Assembly (NCBI GenBank): GCA_965116495.1
Contig: OZ220696.1
Location: 3,680,001 to 3,744,000, forward strand
Source of the DNA: Gammaproteobacteria bacterium
Lineage (GTDB): Bacteria > Pseudomonadota > Gammaproteobacteria > Eutrophobiales > Eutrophobiaceae
DNA: 64,000 nt
Reading direction: 5' to 3'
Every line of letters begins with the position of its first letter. Within the stretch, counting starts at the first letter, position 1. Below are positions 39,719 to 50,719 of the stretch, in pieces. Below the pieces are notes generated by a model. That model was not told where the DNA came from, did not search any database, and saw nothing but the letters and a program-made list of their open reading frames with translations. A program made the translations under genes and the position numbers.

Positions 39719-40387
39719 TCAGTTATTTTTCTCCAGCCCGTCAATTTTAGATGAAATGTCTGTAACAAGTCCATTGTATCCTTTTTCCTTGATAACGGCA
39801 GCATATTCAGCGCGTTTTAACGACAGGTCGTTCACGCCGTTGGCGCTGACGCTGATAATATACCACTTTCCTTGTTTTTCGTGCAGCAGATAATCCAGGG
39901 CCACCGTCTCATCGTCGGGCCGGCGCAGTTCGGTCCTGACCAGTACCCGCCCCCTTCTTAACGGCTCGCGGGAGATTTCATGAAACTCCTCGCCGTCGTA
40001 GCCGTTGAAGCGGGACGCATAAGTGGCCGTGCTGAAGCGGCCGAATATCCTGGTGAATTCGGCCTTCTGTTCTGCATCGAGCCGGTCACGGTAGCGGCCC
40101 AGTATGACGTCCGTAATTAACGGAATGTCGAAACAGTTGCTGATATACGGCTCCAGCTCCCGGTAACGCCCCCGGTATCCTAACTCTTCAGCCCGCTGCA
40201 TGACGCTGATCAGCTTACCGTGAAATTCATCCACAGTCGCGCCGGGCCCATCCATTTCTCCAGCACTCGCTACATATGACAGACACAATAGCAACAAAAA
40301 ATTAAGCAGGTGATGTAATAATCCAGTATTCATTTCGATGTGCGTAGGTAGTTTACCGTAAGAGGGTTTTGGGGGCTGCTGTTTCAT
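39719..40387 (-). CDS. hpnM: HpnM/MlaC-like periplasmic lipid-binding protein
   Basis: GVNDLSLKRAEY C-terminus; start at the ATGA overlap with the hpnB stop (alternative start 40333). Confidence 0.75.
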   Translation of the reverse strand: MKQQPPKPSYGKLPTHIEMNTGLLHHLLNFLLLLCLSYVASAGEMDGPGATVDEFHGKLISVMQRAEELGYRGRYRELEPYISNCFDIPLITDVILGRYRDRLDAEQKAEFTRIFGRFSTATYASRFNGYDGEEFHEISREPLRRGRVLVRTELRRPDDETVALDYLLHEKQGKWYIISVSANGVNDLSLKRAEYAAVIKEKGYNGLVTDISSKIDGLEKNN

Positions 40388-41514
40388 TCCACCCTCCCGG
40401 ATACACCCGCATACTTGCGCTGTTTCCAGTCTGCGCCGCTGCCGGTCCAGCAGCGCCACGCCGAACTCCAGGTCATCAGGAGGTACAGCGCACCGGCGAG
40501 GGGTAACCCGGCGCACCAGACAGGATGGATATTATAGTAGCGCAGGGTGGGCAGGAAGCTTGCCGCCATCAGGATAATGCCGGTAACGGCGAGTATCCGG
40601 GTAGCGGGGTCGGCATAGAACAGGCCGGCTGCCGGCAGCACAAAGCCTGCGGTGAGCAGGGCGCTGCATACCAGCAGCAGGACGACGGAATAGCGCAATT
40701 GGGTATAAGCGGTCCTGGCGACCATGTTCCAGATACCCGACAGCCCGTCGTAACGGCGCCGGCTGCGGGCCGAGTGTGACAACCCTATCCAGGTGGCAAA
40801 GCCGGCCTGCCTGAACCGGCGCGCCAGCGCACAATCATCGATCAAGCTGTTTTTTATGGCCTTGAATCCACCTGCTTGCTCCAGTGAAGCGCTGCGCAGC
40901 AGGATGCAGCCGCCTGCCGCCGCCGCGACCGCTTTCGAGCCCGTGTTGGACAGGTGAAACGGGTAAAGCAGCTTGAAAAAATAAACGAAGGCCGGCATCA
41001 ACAGCTTCTCCCAGAAGGAATCCATACGCAGGAACGCGAGTAATGACACCAAGTGCAGGCCGTGCTTCCGCATCCTGGTCTGCAGCGCCGGGATGGTGCC
41101 CGGTTCCAGGCGGATATCTGCGTCCAGCAACAGGATGGTTTTCGTCTTCACGAACGCCAGGCCCTGTTGCAAGGCCCATAATTTGCCGCTCCAGCCGGGT
41201 TGCAGGGGCTGGCCGTTGATAATTGCCAGGTTTTCAAGATTCATCTCGTCTGCTTGCGCCACGGTTGCATCGGTGGACTGGTCGTCGACGAGAATGATGC
41301 GCAGGTTCCGGCCCTGGGAGGTGAGAGAGAGCAGGGTTTCGGCAATGACATCGGCTTCATTCCTGGCCGGGATCAAAACGGTGACGTCGGACAGGTCTGC
41401 GCCGGTGTTACCGTCCGCCTCCAGTGTTTCCCTGTTGCGCCAGGGTTGCCAGGGAAGCGCGAGGATACCGGTCCAGAGAATGACTCCCGGTATGACGAGC
41501 CAGGCTGGATCCAT
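40384..41514 (-). CDS. hpnB: Hopene-associated glycosyltransferase (GT2)
   Basis: IPARNEA, DDQSTD, GWSGKLWA, DAD, IDDCALA and RTAYTQLRYS. Confidence 0.88.
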   Translation of the reverse strand: MDPAWLVIPGVILWTGILALPWQPWRNRETLEADGNTGADLSDVTVLIPARNEADVIAETLLSLTSQGRNLRIILVDDQSTDATVAQADEMNLENLAIINGQPLQPGWSGKLWALQQGLAFVKTKTILLLDADIRLEPGTIPALQTRMRKHGLHLVSLLAFLRMDSFWEKLLMPAFVYFFKLLYPFHLSNTGSKAVAAAAGGCILLRSASLEQAGGFKAIKNSLIDDCALARRFRQAGFATWIGLSHSARSRRRYDGLSGIWNMVARTAYTQLRYSVVLLLVCSALLTAGFVLPAAGLFYADPATRILAVTGIILMAASFLPTLRYYNIHPVWCAGLPLAGALYLLMTWSSAWRCWTGSGADWKQRKYAGVSGRVE

Positions 41515-42674
41515 TAAGCGACTTGTTTGTCTTGGTTGTCTTGTTTATTGCTACGGATTATTACCGGCGCGGGTTTGAGTTCGGCAACCAGTTTGGGTTT
41601 CGACAGTGTTGCATCTTCATCGTAGAGTATGGGCAGTTCAGGGGTCATGTCCCCGGAAGTTTTGGGTCCCATCAGGGCTACTTTCAACGCTTTCCACGGA
41701 CGTTTGACTGCGTCTTCAACCGCGGATGCCTCGTAACCACAGTGCACCATGCAGTTGGCGCATTTCGGATTGCGTCCGTTGCCGTAATTCTGCCATTCCG
41801 TTTCTTCCATCAAGGCCTTGAATGTCGGCGCATAACCCTCACCGACCAGCAGGTAACAGGGTTTCTGCCAGCCGAAAACGTTCCGGGTAGGATTGCCCCA
41901 GGGGGTGCACTGGTATTGCTGGTTGCCTGCCAGGAAATCCAGGTACAGGGATGACTGGTTAAAACGCCACTTTTTACCAACCCCTGACTTGAAGATGTCC
42001 CTGAACAGTTGTTTGCTCTCCTTGCGTTTCAGGAATACGTCCTGGCGCGGCGCCCGTTCGTAACTGTAACCGGGGGATATGGTGACCCCTTCAACGCCAA
42101 GTCCCATGGCCATGTCCATGAACTCCGCTACTTCATGGGCCTGTTCGCCCTGGAACAGTGTGCAGTTGATCGTCACCCGGAAGCCTTTGCTCCGGGCCGT
42201 TTTAATGACTGAAACACACTTGTCGAAGACACCGGTGCGACAAACGGAGGCGTCATGCCGGTCCCGGTTGCCGTCAAGGTGGATGGAAAAAGTTAGGTAG
42301 GGAGAGGGCGAATAGTCATCCATGCGCCGTTCCAGCAGCAAGGCATTGGTGCACAGGTAGACATATTTCTTCCTGGCTGCGAAGCCGCGCACTATTTCCG
42401 GCATATCCTGGTGGATCAACGGCTCCCCGCCGGCGATGGAGACGACCGGGGCACCGCACTCGTCGATGGCCTGCATACACTCTTCAACGCTGAGGCGTTT
42501 GTCCAGTATCTCCTCAGGATAGTCGATCTTGCCGCAACCGGAGCAGGCCAGGTTGCAACGGAACAGGGGTTCCAGCATCAGCACCAGGGGAAAGCGCTGT
42601 TCGCCGCGCAGCTTTTTGCCCAGGATATATTTTGAGATACGGAGTTGTTGGGTTAACGGTACAGCCATGTGCAA
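41514..42674 (-). CDS. hpnH: Adenosyl-hopene transferase, radical SAM
   Basis: PLVLMLEPLFRCNLACSGCGK, CTPWGNPTRN and CANCMVHCGYE. Confidence 0.95.
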   Translation of the reverse strand: MHMAVPLTQQLRISKYILGKKLRGEQRFPLVLMLEPLFRCNLACSGCGKIDYPEEILDKRLSVEECMQAIDECGAPVVSIAGGEPLIHQDMPEIVRGFAARKKYVYLCTNALLLERRMDDYSPSPYLTFSIHLDGNRDRHDASVCRTGVFDKCVSVIKTARSKGFRVTINCTLFQGEQAHEVAEFMDMAMGLGVEGVTISPGYSYERAPRQDVFLKRKESKQLFRDIFKSGVGKKWRFNQSSLYLDFLAGNQQYQCTPWGNPTRNVFGWQKPCYLLVGEGYAPTFKALMEETEWQNYGNGRNPKCANCMVHCGYEASAVEDAVKRPWKALKVALMGPKTSGDMTPELPILYDEDATLSKPKLVAELKPAPVIIRSNKQDNQDKQVA

Positions 42675-43020
42675 GCCTGATTATTCCGGATTATCATTAA
42701 AAATATAGCGCTTCAGCGACCTGAAACGCTTTCAACACGGCAGAATACATGACCGGCATGGAAATGTACAGTTGCATCATGCAACTCGGAGTTAACAGAC
42801 TGGCTTCCGGCGTGCGCCCCCGTCGTCCCTGCCTGTGCCCCCGCCGTCCCTGCGCAAGCAGGGACCCAGTGAAACAATGAGTCGCCCGCCGGGCGACACG
42901 ATATAATACTGGATGCCGGAGCAAGTCCGGCATGACGAACAGGGGCAGGGGTGACAGCGGTTGCAAGCCGGCGGATTTCTGCTTACAGTACTCGCGATAT
43001 ATTGTTCAAAGGATAAATGC

Positions 43021-44886
43021 ATGTCAGAGCAAATTGAGACGCCCATACTGGATGGGATTGATTCCCCCGATGATTTAAGGCGTCTGCCCGAGGATCAGCT
43101 GGAGCCGCTGGCGCAGGAAATGCGGGCGTTCCTGTTGCATTGGGCCAGCAGGAACAGCGGTCACTTCGCCGCCAGCCTGGGCGCGGTCGAGCTGACGCTT
43201 GCACTGCATTATATTTTCAATACACCTGACGACCGGCTGGTGTGGGACGTGGGCCACCAGGCCTACGGGCACAAGATCCTCACCGGGCGCCGCGACCGGC
43301 TGCATACCATCCGGAAACACGGCGGACTGGCGCCCTTCCCGAAACGTGACGAGAGCCCGTATGATACGTTTGGCGTAGGTCATTCGAGCACGTCCATCAG
43401 CGCCGCCCTGGGCATGGCCATCGCGGCCCGGAACACGGGAAGCGGGCGCAAAAGTGTCGCCATCATCGGCGACGGCGGGTTGACGGCCGGCATGGCTTTC
43501 GAGGCCCTGAACCATGCCGGTGACGCCGGGGCCGACCTGCTGGTGATATTGAATGACAATAACATGTCCATTTCCCCCAACGTCGGCGCACTGGCCAACC
43601 GCTTTGCCCAGGTGCTGTCCGGGAAGTTTTACACCACGGTGCGGGAGCGGGGCAGGAAGGTCCTGTCCCATGTACCGGGTGCCCTGGAGATATCGCGGCG
43701 CGCGGAGGAACACCTCAAGGGTATGATCGTTCCGGGGGTATTGTTCGAGGAGTTCGGTTTCAATTATATCGGCCCCGTTGACGGCCACCATCTGCCGACC
43801 CTGCTGACGACCATCCGCAACATCAGCCAGTTGGAAGGGCCGCAATTTCTCCATATCATCACCCGCAAAGGCAAGGGCTACGGCCCGGCGGAGGAAGACC
43901 CGGTGAAATGGCATGCGGTGAGCAAACCGTTCGACCCGGAGACGGGCAAGGCAGCAACCGGGAAGCCGGCGCAGCCGGCCAAACCGACCTACAGCCAGGT
44001 GTTCAGTGACTGGGTGTGCGACATGGCGGCCCGGGACGAGCGCCTGGTGGCGGTGACGCCGGCCATGCGCGAGGGCTCCGGGCTGGTGCGCTTCGAGCAG
44101 GAATACCCGGATCGTTATTTCGACGTGGCCATCGCCGAGCAGCACAGTGTAACCGTGGCCGCCGGGATGGCCTGCGACGGCCTGAAACCGGTGGTGGCGA
44201 TCTATTCTACCTTCCTGCAGCGGGCTTACGACCAGGTGGTGCATGACGTGGTGAACCAGAAACTGCCGGTGCTGTTCGCCATCGACCGGGCCGGCGTGGT
44301 CGGCGCAGACGGGCCCACCCATAACGGTTCCTACGATTTCAGTTACCTGCGCTGCCTGCCGCACATGGTGGTGATGGCGCCGGCGGATGAGAACGAGTGC
44401 CGGCAGATGTTGTATACGGGGTTTCTGCTGGACCAGCCGGCGGCGGTGCGCTATCCCCGCGGCAGCGGTCCCGGTGCGACGGTTGAGAAAGAGATGACGG
44501 CATTACCCCTGGGCAAGGGGGAGGTGCGCCTGCAGGGAGAAAAGATCGCGCTGCTTGCCTTCGGCAGCGCAGTGAAGCCGGCGCTGGAGGCCGGCGCCGA
44601 ACTGGGCGCGACCGTGGCGAACATGCGGTTTGTGAAACCGCTGGACGGGGAACTGGTCGCCGACCTGGCCGCGTCCCATGATTTGCTGGTTACGGTGGAA
44701 GAGAACGTAGTCCAGGGCGGGGCAGGGAGCGCGGTGAACGAATACCTCGCAGAGCAAGGGATAATACAACGGGTGCTCAACTACGGATTGCCGGATCGTC
44801 TGCTGCAACACGGTTCCCAGCAGGACATGCTGGAAGATGCGAAACTGACCGCGGCCGGGTTGCTGGAGTTTATCCGGCAGAGGTAG
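43021..44886 (+). CDS. dxs: 1-deoxy-D-xylulose-5-phosphate synthase
   Basis: [29 protein letters not shown] and RYPRG. Confidence 0.97.
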   Translation: MSEQIETPILDGIDSPDDLRRLPEDQLEPLAQEMRAFLLHWASRNSGHFAASLGAVELTLALHYIFNTPDDRLVWDVGHQAYGHKILTGRRDRLHTIRKHGGLAPFPKRDESPYDTFGVGHSSTSISAALGMAIAARNTGSGRKSVAIIGDGGLTAGMAFEALNHAGDAGADLLVILNDNNMSISPNVGALANRFAQVLSGKFYTTVRERGRKVLSHVPGALEISRRAEEHLKGMIVPGVLFEEFGFNYIGPVDGHHLPTLLTTIRNISQLEGPQFLHIITRKGKGYGPAEEDPVKWHAVSKPFDPETGKAATGKPAQPAKPTYSQVFSDWVCDMAARDERLVAVTPAMREGSGLVRFEQEYPDRYFDVAIAEQHSVTVAAGMACDGLKPVVAIYSTFLQRAYDQVVHDVVNQKLPVLFAIDRAGVVGADGPTHNGSYDFSYLRCLPHMVVMAPADENECRQMLYTGFLLDQPAAVRYPRGSGPGATVEKEMTALPLGKGEVRLQGEKIALLAFGSAVKPALEAGAELGATVANMRFVKPLDGELVADLAASHDLLVTVEENVVQGGAGSAVNEYLAEQGIIQRVLNYGLPDRLLQHGSQQDMLEDAKLTAAGLLEFIRQR

Positions 44887-44896
44887 GCGCCACAAC

Positions 44897-45065
44897 CATT
44901 CCCGCACAGGCAGGAATCCAATCGTCATACCGACGCAGGCCGGTATCCAGTGGATTCCTGCTTTCGCGGGCATGACGGTCGTCATACCGGCGCAGGCCAG
45001 GGTCCAGTGGATTCCTGCTTTCGCGGGCATGACGGTCGTCATACCGGCGCAGGCCGGTATCCAGT
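44897..45065. repeat. BIME-like array of alternating REP hairpins with a 57-bp period, between convergent genes
   Basis: GTCATACCG...TCCAGTGGATTCCTGCTTTCGCGGGCATGACGGTC units start at 44924, 44981 and 45038. Confidence 0.9.
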
Positions 45066-45068
45066 AGA

Positions 45069-46232
45069 TTACTGCCCCAGGAAACTGGTATTGAAATGAC
45101 TCATCAAACGGCGCAGGACGTTTGCGGGTGAGGTGTCGGGGCGGGGCAGTTTACCCGGTGTGCCCGGTCTGATTTTCAGTACTGCGAAGCGCGCGCCGTC
45201 TATGTCCTTGCAGGCATACAGTTCCCTGATCACTCCCGGGCCGTTGCCGTCCAGGGCGAGGCCGTAGCCGCAGGCCGCGGCAATATCCGCAAAGCTGACG
45301 TTGGCCGAGACCGTGGCCTGTGCCCCGGTCGACTCGTGGACGCCGTTGTCCAGCAGAATATGCGCCAGGTTGTTTTGCCCATAACTGCCGATGGTGGAAA
45401 AGTTTCCCATGCGCATGAGAGCGCCGCCGTCCCCGTCGACAACGGTGACCTGCAGGTCCGGCCGCGACAGGGAGACACCCAGGGCAAAGGACGACGCACA
45501 GCCCATGGAACCCACCATGTAGACTTGGTTGCTGCGGTCGTCAATGGCGAACAACTCGCGCCCGGTGTAGCCCGTCGTCCCTACCAGGATAGAGTCCTGT
45601 ACGGGGGTATGGGTGATTATCTCCCTGAGCGCCTGTTCCCGCGTAGTGGAATTCAGCGGTTCCCCGGCAATACTCTCACGCCAGCATTGCACCCCTGTTC
45701 GGGAGGGTATCGACTCGCATTTCAACGGATGCGGGGCGATCGCACCCTGGTCCATAAGCAATGCGTACGGTCTTTGCCGCGCGTCAAAATACCGGGTCAT
45801 CCGTTCCAGCACGGGACCGATGTCCCGCTCTTCCGCCGGAAACGGTTCCCAGGGAATTTCCATCAGGTCGAACAGGTCGCCCGTGATTTTCCCCATCAGT
45901 TCATGCTGCGGCTCATCCCTGCTCCCCGGCTTGCCGCGCCGGGTAACAATCAGCAATACGGGAATGGAAAAAGTATGCGCCAGCGACGTCAACGGATTGA
46001 CCGCGTTGCCCAGTCCCGAATTCTGCATCATGGCCACGGCGCGCTGTCCCCCCACTGCCAGCCCGGCCGCGGCGGCAACCGCATCACCCTCATTGGCGGA
46101 AGAAATATAGGACAGATGATCATCGTTGATAATGTAGTTGATAAACGGTGTCAGGTAAGAACACGGCACCCCGGTATACCGGGTAAATCCATGCCCACGG
46201 GCCACCTCAATGAATGCTTCAGCATTTATCAT
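45069..46232 (-). CDS. aepY: Phosphonopyruvate decarboxylase
   Basis: GVPCS, ANEG, MQNSGLGN, DEPQH, GSMG and GDGGALM; follows pepM. Confidence 0.94.
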   Translation of the reverse strand: MINAEAFIEVARGHGFTRYTGVPCSYLTPFINYIINDDHLSYISSANEGDAVAAAAGLAVGGQRAVAMMQNSGLGNAVNPLTSLAHTFSIPVLLIVTRRGKPGSRDEPQHELMGKITGDLFDLMEIPWEPFPAEERDIGPVLERMTRYFDARQRPYALLMDQGAIAPHPLKCESIPSRTGVQCWRESIAGEPLNSTTREQALREIITHTPVQDSILVGTTGYTGRELFAIDDRSNQVYMVGSMGCASSFALGVSLSRPDLQVTVVDGDGGALMRMGNFSTIGSYGQNNLAHILLDNGVHESTGAQATVSANVSFADIAAACGYGLALDGNGPGVIRELYACKDIDGARFAVLKIRPGTPGKLPRPDTSPANVLRRLMSHFNTSFLGQ

Positions 46233-46254
46233 TTTTCATCAGGACTCATAGGAG

Positions 46255-46402
46255 ATTCATCCGCAGATTACCGCAGATTATTTTTTATTTTTCTGTAGTT
46301 TCGTATCCGGGCTGGTTATATTGCTACCGACTGAACTTAAGAAAAAAATCAAATCAAAATCATCATTTCATCTGCGTTCATCTGCGTCATCTGCGGATAA
46401 AT
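46255..46402. mobile_element. MITE-like element with CCGCAGATT...ATCTGCGG inverted ends
   Basis: ATTCATCCGCAGATTACCGCAGATT ... ATCTGCGTCATCTGCGGATAAAT; second family member at 60562. Confidence 0.6.
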
Positions 46403-46410
46403 CACCTTCC

Positions 46411-48036
46411 TCAATCCGAGGTAAAATCACCGGCCCTGTCTATATCATTGACGCTGTTCACATCCAGCCAGTGTCCGTTTATGTAGTGCACCGTAATAGT
46501 CCGACCCTGCCGGGTCAGGTGGTTGAGCAGGTCGGGCAGGGTCAGTTGATCAAATCCGGCCTGGTTTTCCAGTTCGTCCAGCGCCTGTTCCAGCCAGATT
46601 CTCCCTTGCGGCCTGACCCGCATCATCCCCGTCCAGCGGCCGGAGGGTGGGTTTGCCCCCGGGATTATCTCTCCCGCCATGCGTTGCAGACTGACATCCT
46701 GCATGAATATCGAGCGGTCGTCGGGCCGGTCACACCAGACATAATCCCGGGAACCGGTTTCGGTCACGTCGGTCAGGGAGTCCACGACGATGACTATTTC
46801 ACCGTCCCATTCCAGCAGGTCCTGCAGGATGTACGACCTGAACAGGAGGTCCCCGTAGATGATCAGCATATCATCGTTGAACTTGTCCCTGGCGCAGGCC
46901 AGTGAATAGAGCTCGCCCGTGCTGTCATAACGGGTATTCAGGCGCATATCGACACCACTCACGTCCAGGGATTCCGACTTGTAACCGGCGACGACCGTGA
47001 TGTCGTTGACGCCGTATTTTCTGAATTCATCAACCAGTCTCTGCAACAAGGGTTTGCCGCGTATTTTCAGCATTGCCTTGGGCCGGTCTTCGGTCAGTTC
47101 GTACAGGTTATTGCCCCGGCTTGCCGCCAGTACCAGTGCGCGGCATTCGCCGGTGTTATCCAGGTAACGTTCCTGCGCGCGCAGTAATTCATCCGCGCCC
47201 TGCAGCTTGAAGACGCTGTCCACGTCGGTGATGAGGTCTTCAACGTCAACCAGTGACTGCTGTTCGAAAATTTCCCTGCTTACGTTCTCCATGGTCCTGA
47301 TGGACGCGCGGATCATGTGGTTGGCCCAGATAACCAGGCTGATCCCGGCTTTCCTGAATACGTCCACGGGGGTGCTGTAATATTTTGTCGGCACGATTAC
47401 CAGGGGGCAGGCGCCGTCCCATTCCCGGGCGAAGGTAATGATTTCATCCGGGCGTGATTGCCTGCTGTGTATGAGGATGGCGTCGGCACCCGCCGCGCAA
47501 TAGGCCTCGGCCCGTCTCAGGGCTTCATCCATGCCCCAACCCGCGATCAGTGCCTCCACCCGCGCAATAATACAAAAATCAGGGTCTTGCAGGCTGTCCT
47601 TGCCTGCCCTGATCTTGCCGCAAAACTCATTGATATCGGCCAGGGCCTGTTTCTCGCTGTCTATGAAGCTGTTGGTCTTGGGGAATTCCTTATCTTCAAT
47701 ACAGACCCCGGCTATCCCGCGCTGTTCGAGTTTTCTGACCAGGCGCCGCATGTTGTTGAAATTGCCGTAACCGGTATCGCCATCGAGCAGGATCGGGATA
47801 TCCGTGGCGTCGGACATGAATTCCAGCATGTCGACGACCTGGGTCCAGCTTGCCTCATTACTGTCCCTGACACAGAACTGGGCCGACATGGCCAGGCCGC
47901 TCGCCCAGATACCCTTGAACCCTGCCTGCTGCACGAGTTTGGCCGAGATGCCGTTATGGGCTTCCAGGATGAATTCCAGCTCAGGTGAATTGAGCAAGTC
48001 GCGTAACTGTCGGCTTTTATTGTTTCTCAAGGTCAT
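46411..48036 (-). CDS. pepM: Phosphoenolpyruvate mutase fused to a C-terminal nucleotidyltransferase
   Basis: [10 protein letters not shown] PepM signature and DGDTGYG; C-terminal LAASRG...RPKAML and YGD. Confidence 0.95.
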   Translation of the reverse strand: MTLRNNKSRQLRDLLNSPELEFILEAHNGISAKLVQQAGFKGIWASGLAMSAQFCVRDSNEASWTQVVDMLEFMSDATDIPILLDGDTGYGNFNNMRRLVRKLEQRGIAGVCIEDKEFPKTNSFIDSEKQALADINEFCGKIRAGKDSLQDPDFCIIARVEALIAGWGMDEALRRAEAYCAAGADAILIHSRQSRPDEIITFAREWDGACPLVIVPTKYYSTPVDVFRKAGISLVIWANHMIRASIRTMENVSREIFEQQSLVDVEDLITDVDSVFKLQGADELLRAQERYLDNTGECRALVLAASRGNNLYELTEDRPKAMLKIRGKPLLQRLVDEFRKYGVNDITVVAGYKSESLDVSGVDMRLNTRYDSTGELYSLACARDKFNDDMLIIYGDLLFRSYILQDLLEWDGEIVIVVDSLTDVTETGSRDYVWCDRPDDRSIFMQDVSLQRMAGEIIPGANPPSGRWTGMMRVRPQGRIWLEQALDELENQAGFDQLTLPDLLNHLTRQGRTITVHYINGHWLDVNSVNDIDRAGDFTSD

Positions 48037-48071
48037 TCGTCCGGCGCCTGCCTCCAGTCTATCCGGGGAGG

Positions 48072-48101
48072 TTTGGGGACGGACTTAAGTCCGTCCCCAA
48101 A
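48072..48101. repeat. Perfect 30-bp palindrome of the GGGGACGGA family
   Basis: TTTGGGGACGGACTTAAGTCCGTCCCCAAA. Confidence 0.85.
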
Positions 48102-48127
48102 GCAAAGTCGTCCCCAAAGCAAATTCG

Positions 48128-48892
48128 TCATTCCGGCGCATGCCGGAATCCGGTCAAAACACTATTCTCATACATTTTCGCCGCGCGTTCCACGTCGGCG
48201 GGGAAATCTATCTCGATCCAGGCCTGGCCGGTGATATCCTCGAAGTAGAACAGGTGCGGCGTTTCCATCAGCAGGTCACGGATCACTTCTTCGTAAGGTT
48301 CTTCCCTCCGGTTATTATCGAGATAGCTGCGTGCCCGCAAGGCCAGGCGCCTGCACACCGCGGCGTCGAAACGGAAAAAACCCACCGATTCGCCCTGGAA
48401 ATCCCAGGCTATGCCCGGGTCCGGCCTTTTTCTGAATTCCACCGGTATTGTGCCTGACACGCACAGCTTTACCGGCTCGTCGCCTGGCTCAAATTCCCGA
48501 TCCAGCAGGAAACAGTTACTGAAATTCGTATTGAACAGGCGGCCCAGGACCTCCGGGTCGTACAGCACGTCGGCATCCATCAGGATGGTGTCTGTCCCGT
48601 CGGTCAAGAAATCCCGGGCGCAATGCAGGCTCACGACGCTGCCCGCCGCATAGTCCGGATTGACGACGGTTTCGACGCACGCACGGCTTTCGACCTGTTC
48701 CAGCGCCGCATCGATCTGTTCACGGCGGTAGCCGGTAACGATGATTATCCGGTCCGTACCCAGGCCGTCCAGGATTTCCACATGGCGCTGCAGCAGGGAT
48801 TTGCCGCCGAACTGCAGCAGGCATTTCGGCCGGCCCGCGGCAACCTCCCCCAGGCGCTTGCCGCGGCCCGCGGCGAGGATTATCGCTTTCAT
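48128..48892 (-). CDS. Phosphocholine/phosphonate cytidylyltransferase (LicC/PntC-like)
   Basis: ILAAGRGKRL, PKCLL, MDADV and WIEID; upstream of pepM. Confidence 0.87.
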   Translation of the reverse strand: MKAIILAAGRGKRLGEVAAGRPKCLLQFGGKSLLQRHVEILDGLGTDRIIIVTGYRREQIDAALEQVESRACVETVVNPDYAAGSVVSLHCARDFLTDGTDTILMDADVLYDPEVLGRLFNTNFSNCFLLDREFEPGDEPVKLCVSGTIPVEFRKRPDPGIAWDFQGESVGFFRFDAAVCRRLALRARSYLDNNRREEPYEEVIRDLLMETPHLFYFEDITGQAWIEIDFPADVERAAKMYENSVLTGFRHAPE

Positions 48893-50538
48893 GCGCGGCC
48901 GGAACGGTACTTGTTCATCAACTGTTGCGTGGACGAGTCATGGGACGTTTGCGTCTCAACGTTTGCCAGTTCCCCCGCGATGCGGCCCGCCAGGGTCTTA
49001 CCCAGTTCGACCCCCCACTGGTCGAAGGGGTTGATCCCCCAGATGGCGGCTTCGACAAAGGTCTTGTGTTCATACAGGGCCAGCAGCATGCCCAGGGTGT
49101 AGGGGTCGAGCCGGTCGTACAGGATGGTGGTGCTGGGCCTGTTGCCGTCGAAGTGCCGGTGGGGTTCGGCGGGATTGGCCTCGCCCCGCATCAGGGCTTC
49201 ACCCTGAGCCAGGCAGTTGGCGACCAGCAGTTCGTGTTGCCCGCCGGCGTGACGGCTCTCCAGGGGCAGCAGAAAGTCAATGGTTGACAAGCGCGTACCC
49301 TGGTGCAGGAACTGGAAAACGGCATGCTGCGAGTTGCTGCCGACGCCGCCCCAGATGACCTGGGAGGTCTTTGCCTCCACCCTGTTGCCGTGCGCGCTGA
49401 CCGACTTGCCGTTACTCTCCATGACCAGCTGGCTCAGGTACGCCGGCAGTCTTTCCAGCTTTTGATCATAGGGGATAACGGCATGGGCGCCGATGTCACA
49501 AAAATTGTTGTGCCAGATACCAATCAGGCCCAGGATGACGGGAATGTTGCCGCTGAATTCGGCTGTCGCGAAGTGTGAATCAAGCGCGTGCGCGCCGGCC
49601 AGGAACTGCCTGAAATTATCTTCCCCGATGCTGAGAGCGGCGCTCATGCCGACACAGGACCAGATCGAATAGCGCCCGCCGGTCCAGTCCTCGACCCTGA
49701 AGTAACGATCTTTATTGATGCCGAAGCGCTCGACCGCGGCGGCGTTGCCCGACACCGCCAGGAAGTGCCTGCCCGGGTCCTTGCAGCCGTTGTCCCGCAG
49801 CCAGGCTTGCGCGCGTTGCGCGTTGCGCAGGGTTTCCTGTGTCGTGAAGGATTTGGAAGCGACGATAAACAGCGTGGTTTCGGGATGCGCGCGCGCCAGG
49901 GCGCGCTCTATGTCGAAGGGGTCGATGTTGGCAACGAAGTCGATATGTATCCCGTCCTGGTGATAGTCGGACAGCGCCTCTACCAGAAGGCGCGGCCCCA
50001 GGTCAGAGCCGCCGATGCCGATGTTCACCACCCGGGACAGGGGTTTTCCCGTGGCGCCCTCCACCTCTCCGGCGCGTAATCTCTTCACGAACTCGAACAT
50101 CCTGTCCCGCTCCTGTCGCACTTGGCGGGCAATATCGGAGAATTCATGGTTGTCCCAAATTCCGTGTTCCGCAGGAAGGACGAGTTGCTCGTCGTTCCGG
50201 CCTGGTCTTTCTTCACCTTCCGGCACGCGCAACAGGGTATGCAGCGCGGGACGCCGTTCAGTGGTGTTGACCTCGTGACCTGAGAATAAGTCGTCGATCC
50301 GGTTGTGCAGGCCGCGCTGTTCGGCCAGGTCCAGCAACAGTGACAGGGTTTCATCGATGATGAGGTTCTTGGAGAAATCGACGAATACCCGTTCCAGACC
50401 CAGTGAAAACCGTTGTGCCCGCTCCGGATCCAGGGTAAATTCCTCGCGCAGGTGCAGCTGCGCTACCTGCCGCTGGTGTTCTGCAAGCAGGCGCCAGACC
50501 TCTGACTGTTCCGGCGGATTGTTGTTTTGTGCTGCCAT
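48889..50538 (-). CDS. pgi: Glucose-6-phosphate isomerase
   Basis: IGIGGSDLG, ASKSFTTQET, GGRYS, MESNGK and FDQWGVELGK. Confidence 0.97.
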   Translation of the reverse strand: MAAQNNNPPEQSEVWRLLAEHQRQVAQLHLREEFTLDPERAQRFSLGLERVFVDFSKNLIIDETLSLLLDLAEQRGLHNRIDDLFSGHEVNTTERRPALHTLLRVPEGEERPGRNDEQLVLPAEHGIWDNHEFSDIARQVRQERDRMFEFVKRLRAGEVEGATGKPLSRVVNIGIGGSDLGPRLLVEALSDYHQDGIHIDFVANIDPFDIERALARAHPETTLFIVASKSFTTQETLRNAQRAQAWLRDNGCKDPGRHFLAVSGNAAAVERFGINKDRYFRVEDWTGGRYSIWSCVGMSAALSIGEDNFRQFLAGAHALDSHFATAEFSGNIPVILGLIGIWHNNFCDIGAHAVIPYDQKLERLPAYLSQLVMESNGKSVSAHGNRVEAKTSQVIWGGVGSNSQHAVFQFLHQGTRLSTIDFLLPLESRHAGGQHELLVANCLAQGEALMRGEANPAEPHRHFDGNRPSTTILYDRLDPYTLGMLLALYEHKTFVEAAIWGINPFDQWGVELGKTLAGRIAGELANVETQTSHDSSTQQLMNKYRSGRA

Positions 50539-50719
50539 AGGGGAAATCCCTGTATTATAGTCACGACTTAAATCTACCATTCAACTGATTATATCGGAAC
50601 CTGGCCTTAATGGATGATTTTCAAACAAAATCGGGTGAAGCCCGGATATCGGGAGACCTGACCCTGTATTACCGGGAAAGCGGCAAGGGTTTGCCGCATC
50701 AGCGGGGTCCGGCCCTTAG

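Noticed and set aside
44503-45042. ORF with a duplicated MTTVMPAKAGIHW N-terminus
   Set aside because: Translation of the REP array, running antisense into dxs.
45069-48892. Phosphonate antibiotic gene cluster
   Set aside because: No NRPS, ATP-grasp, resistance or tailoring genes; the cytidylyltransferases point to a cell-envelope phosphonate.
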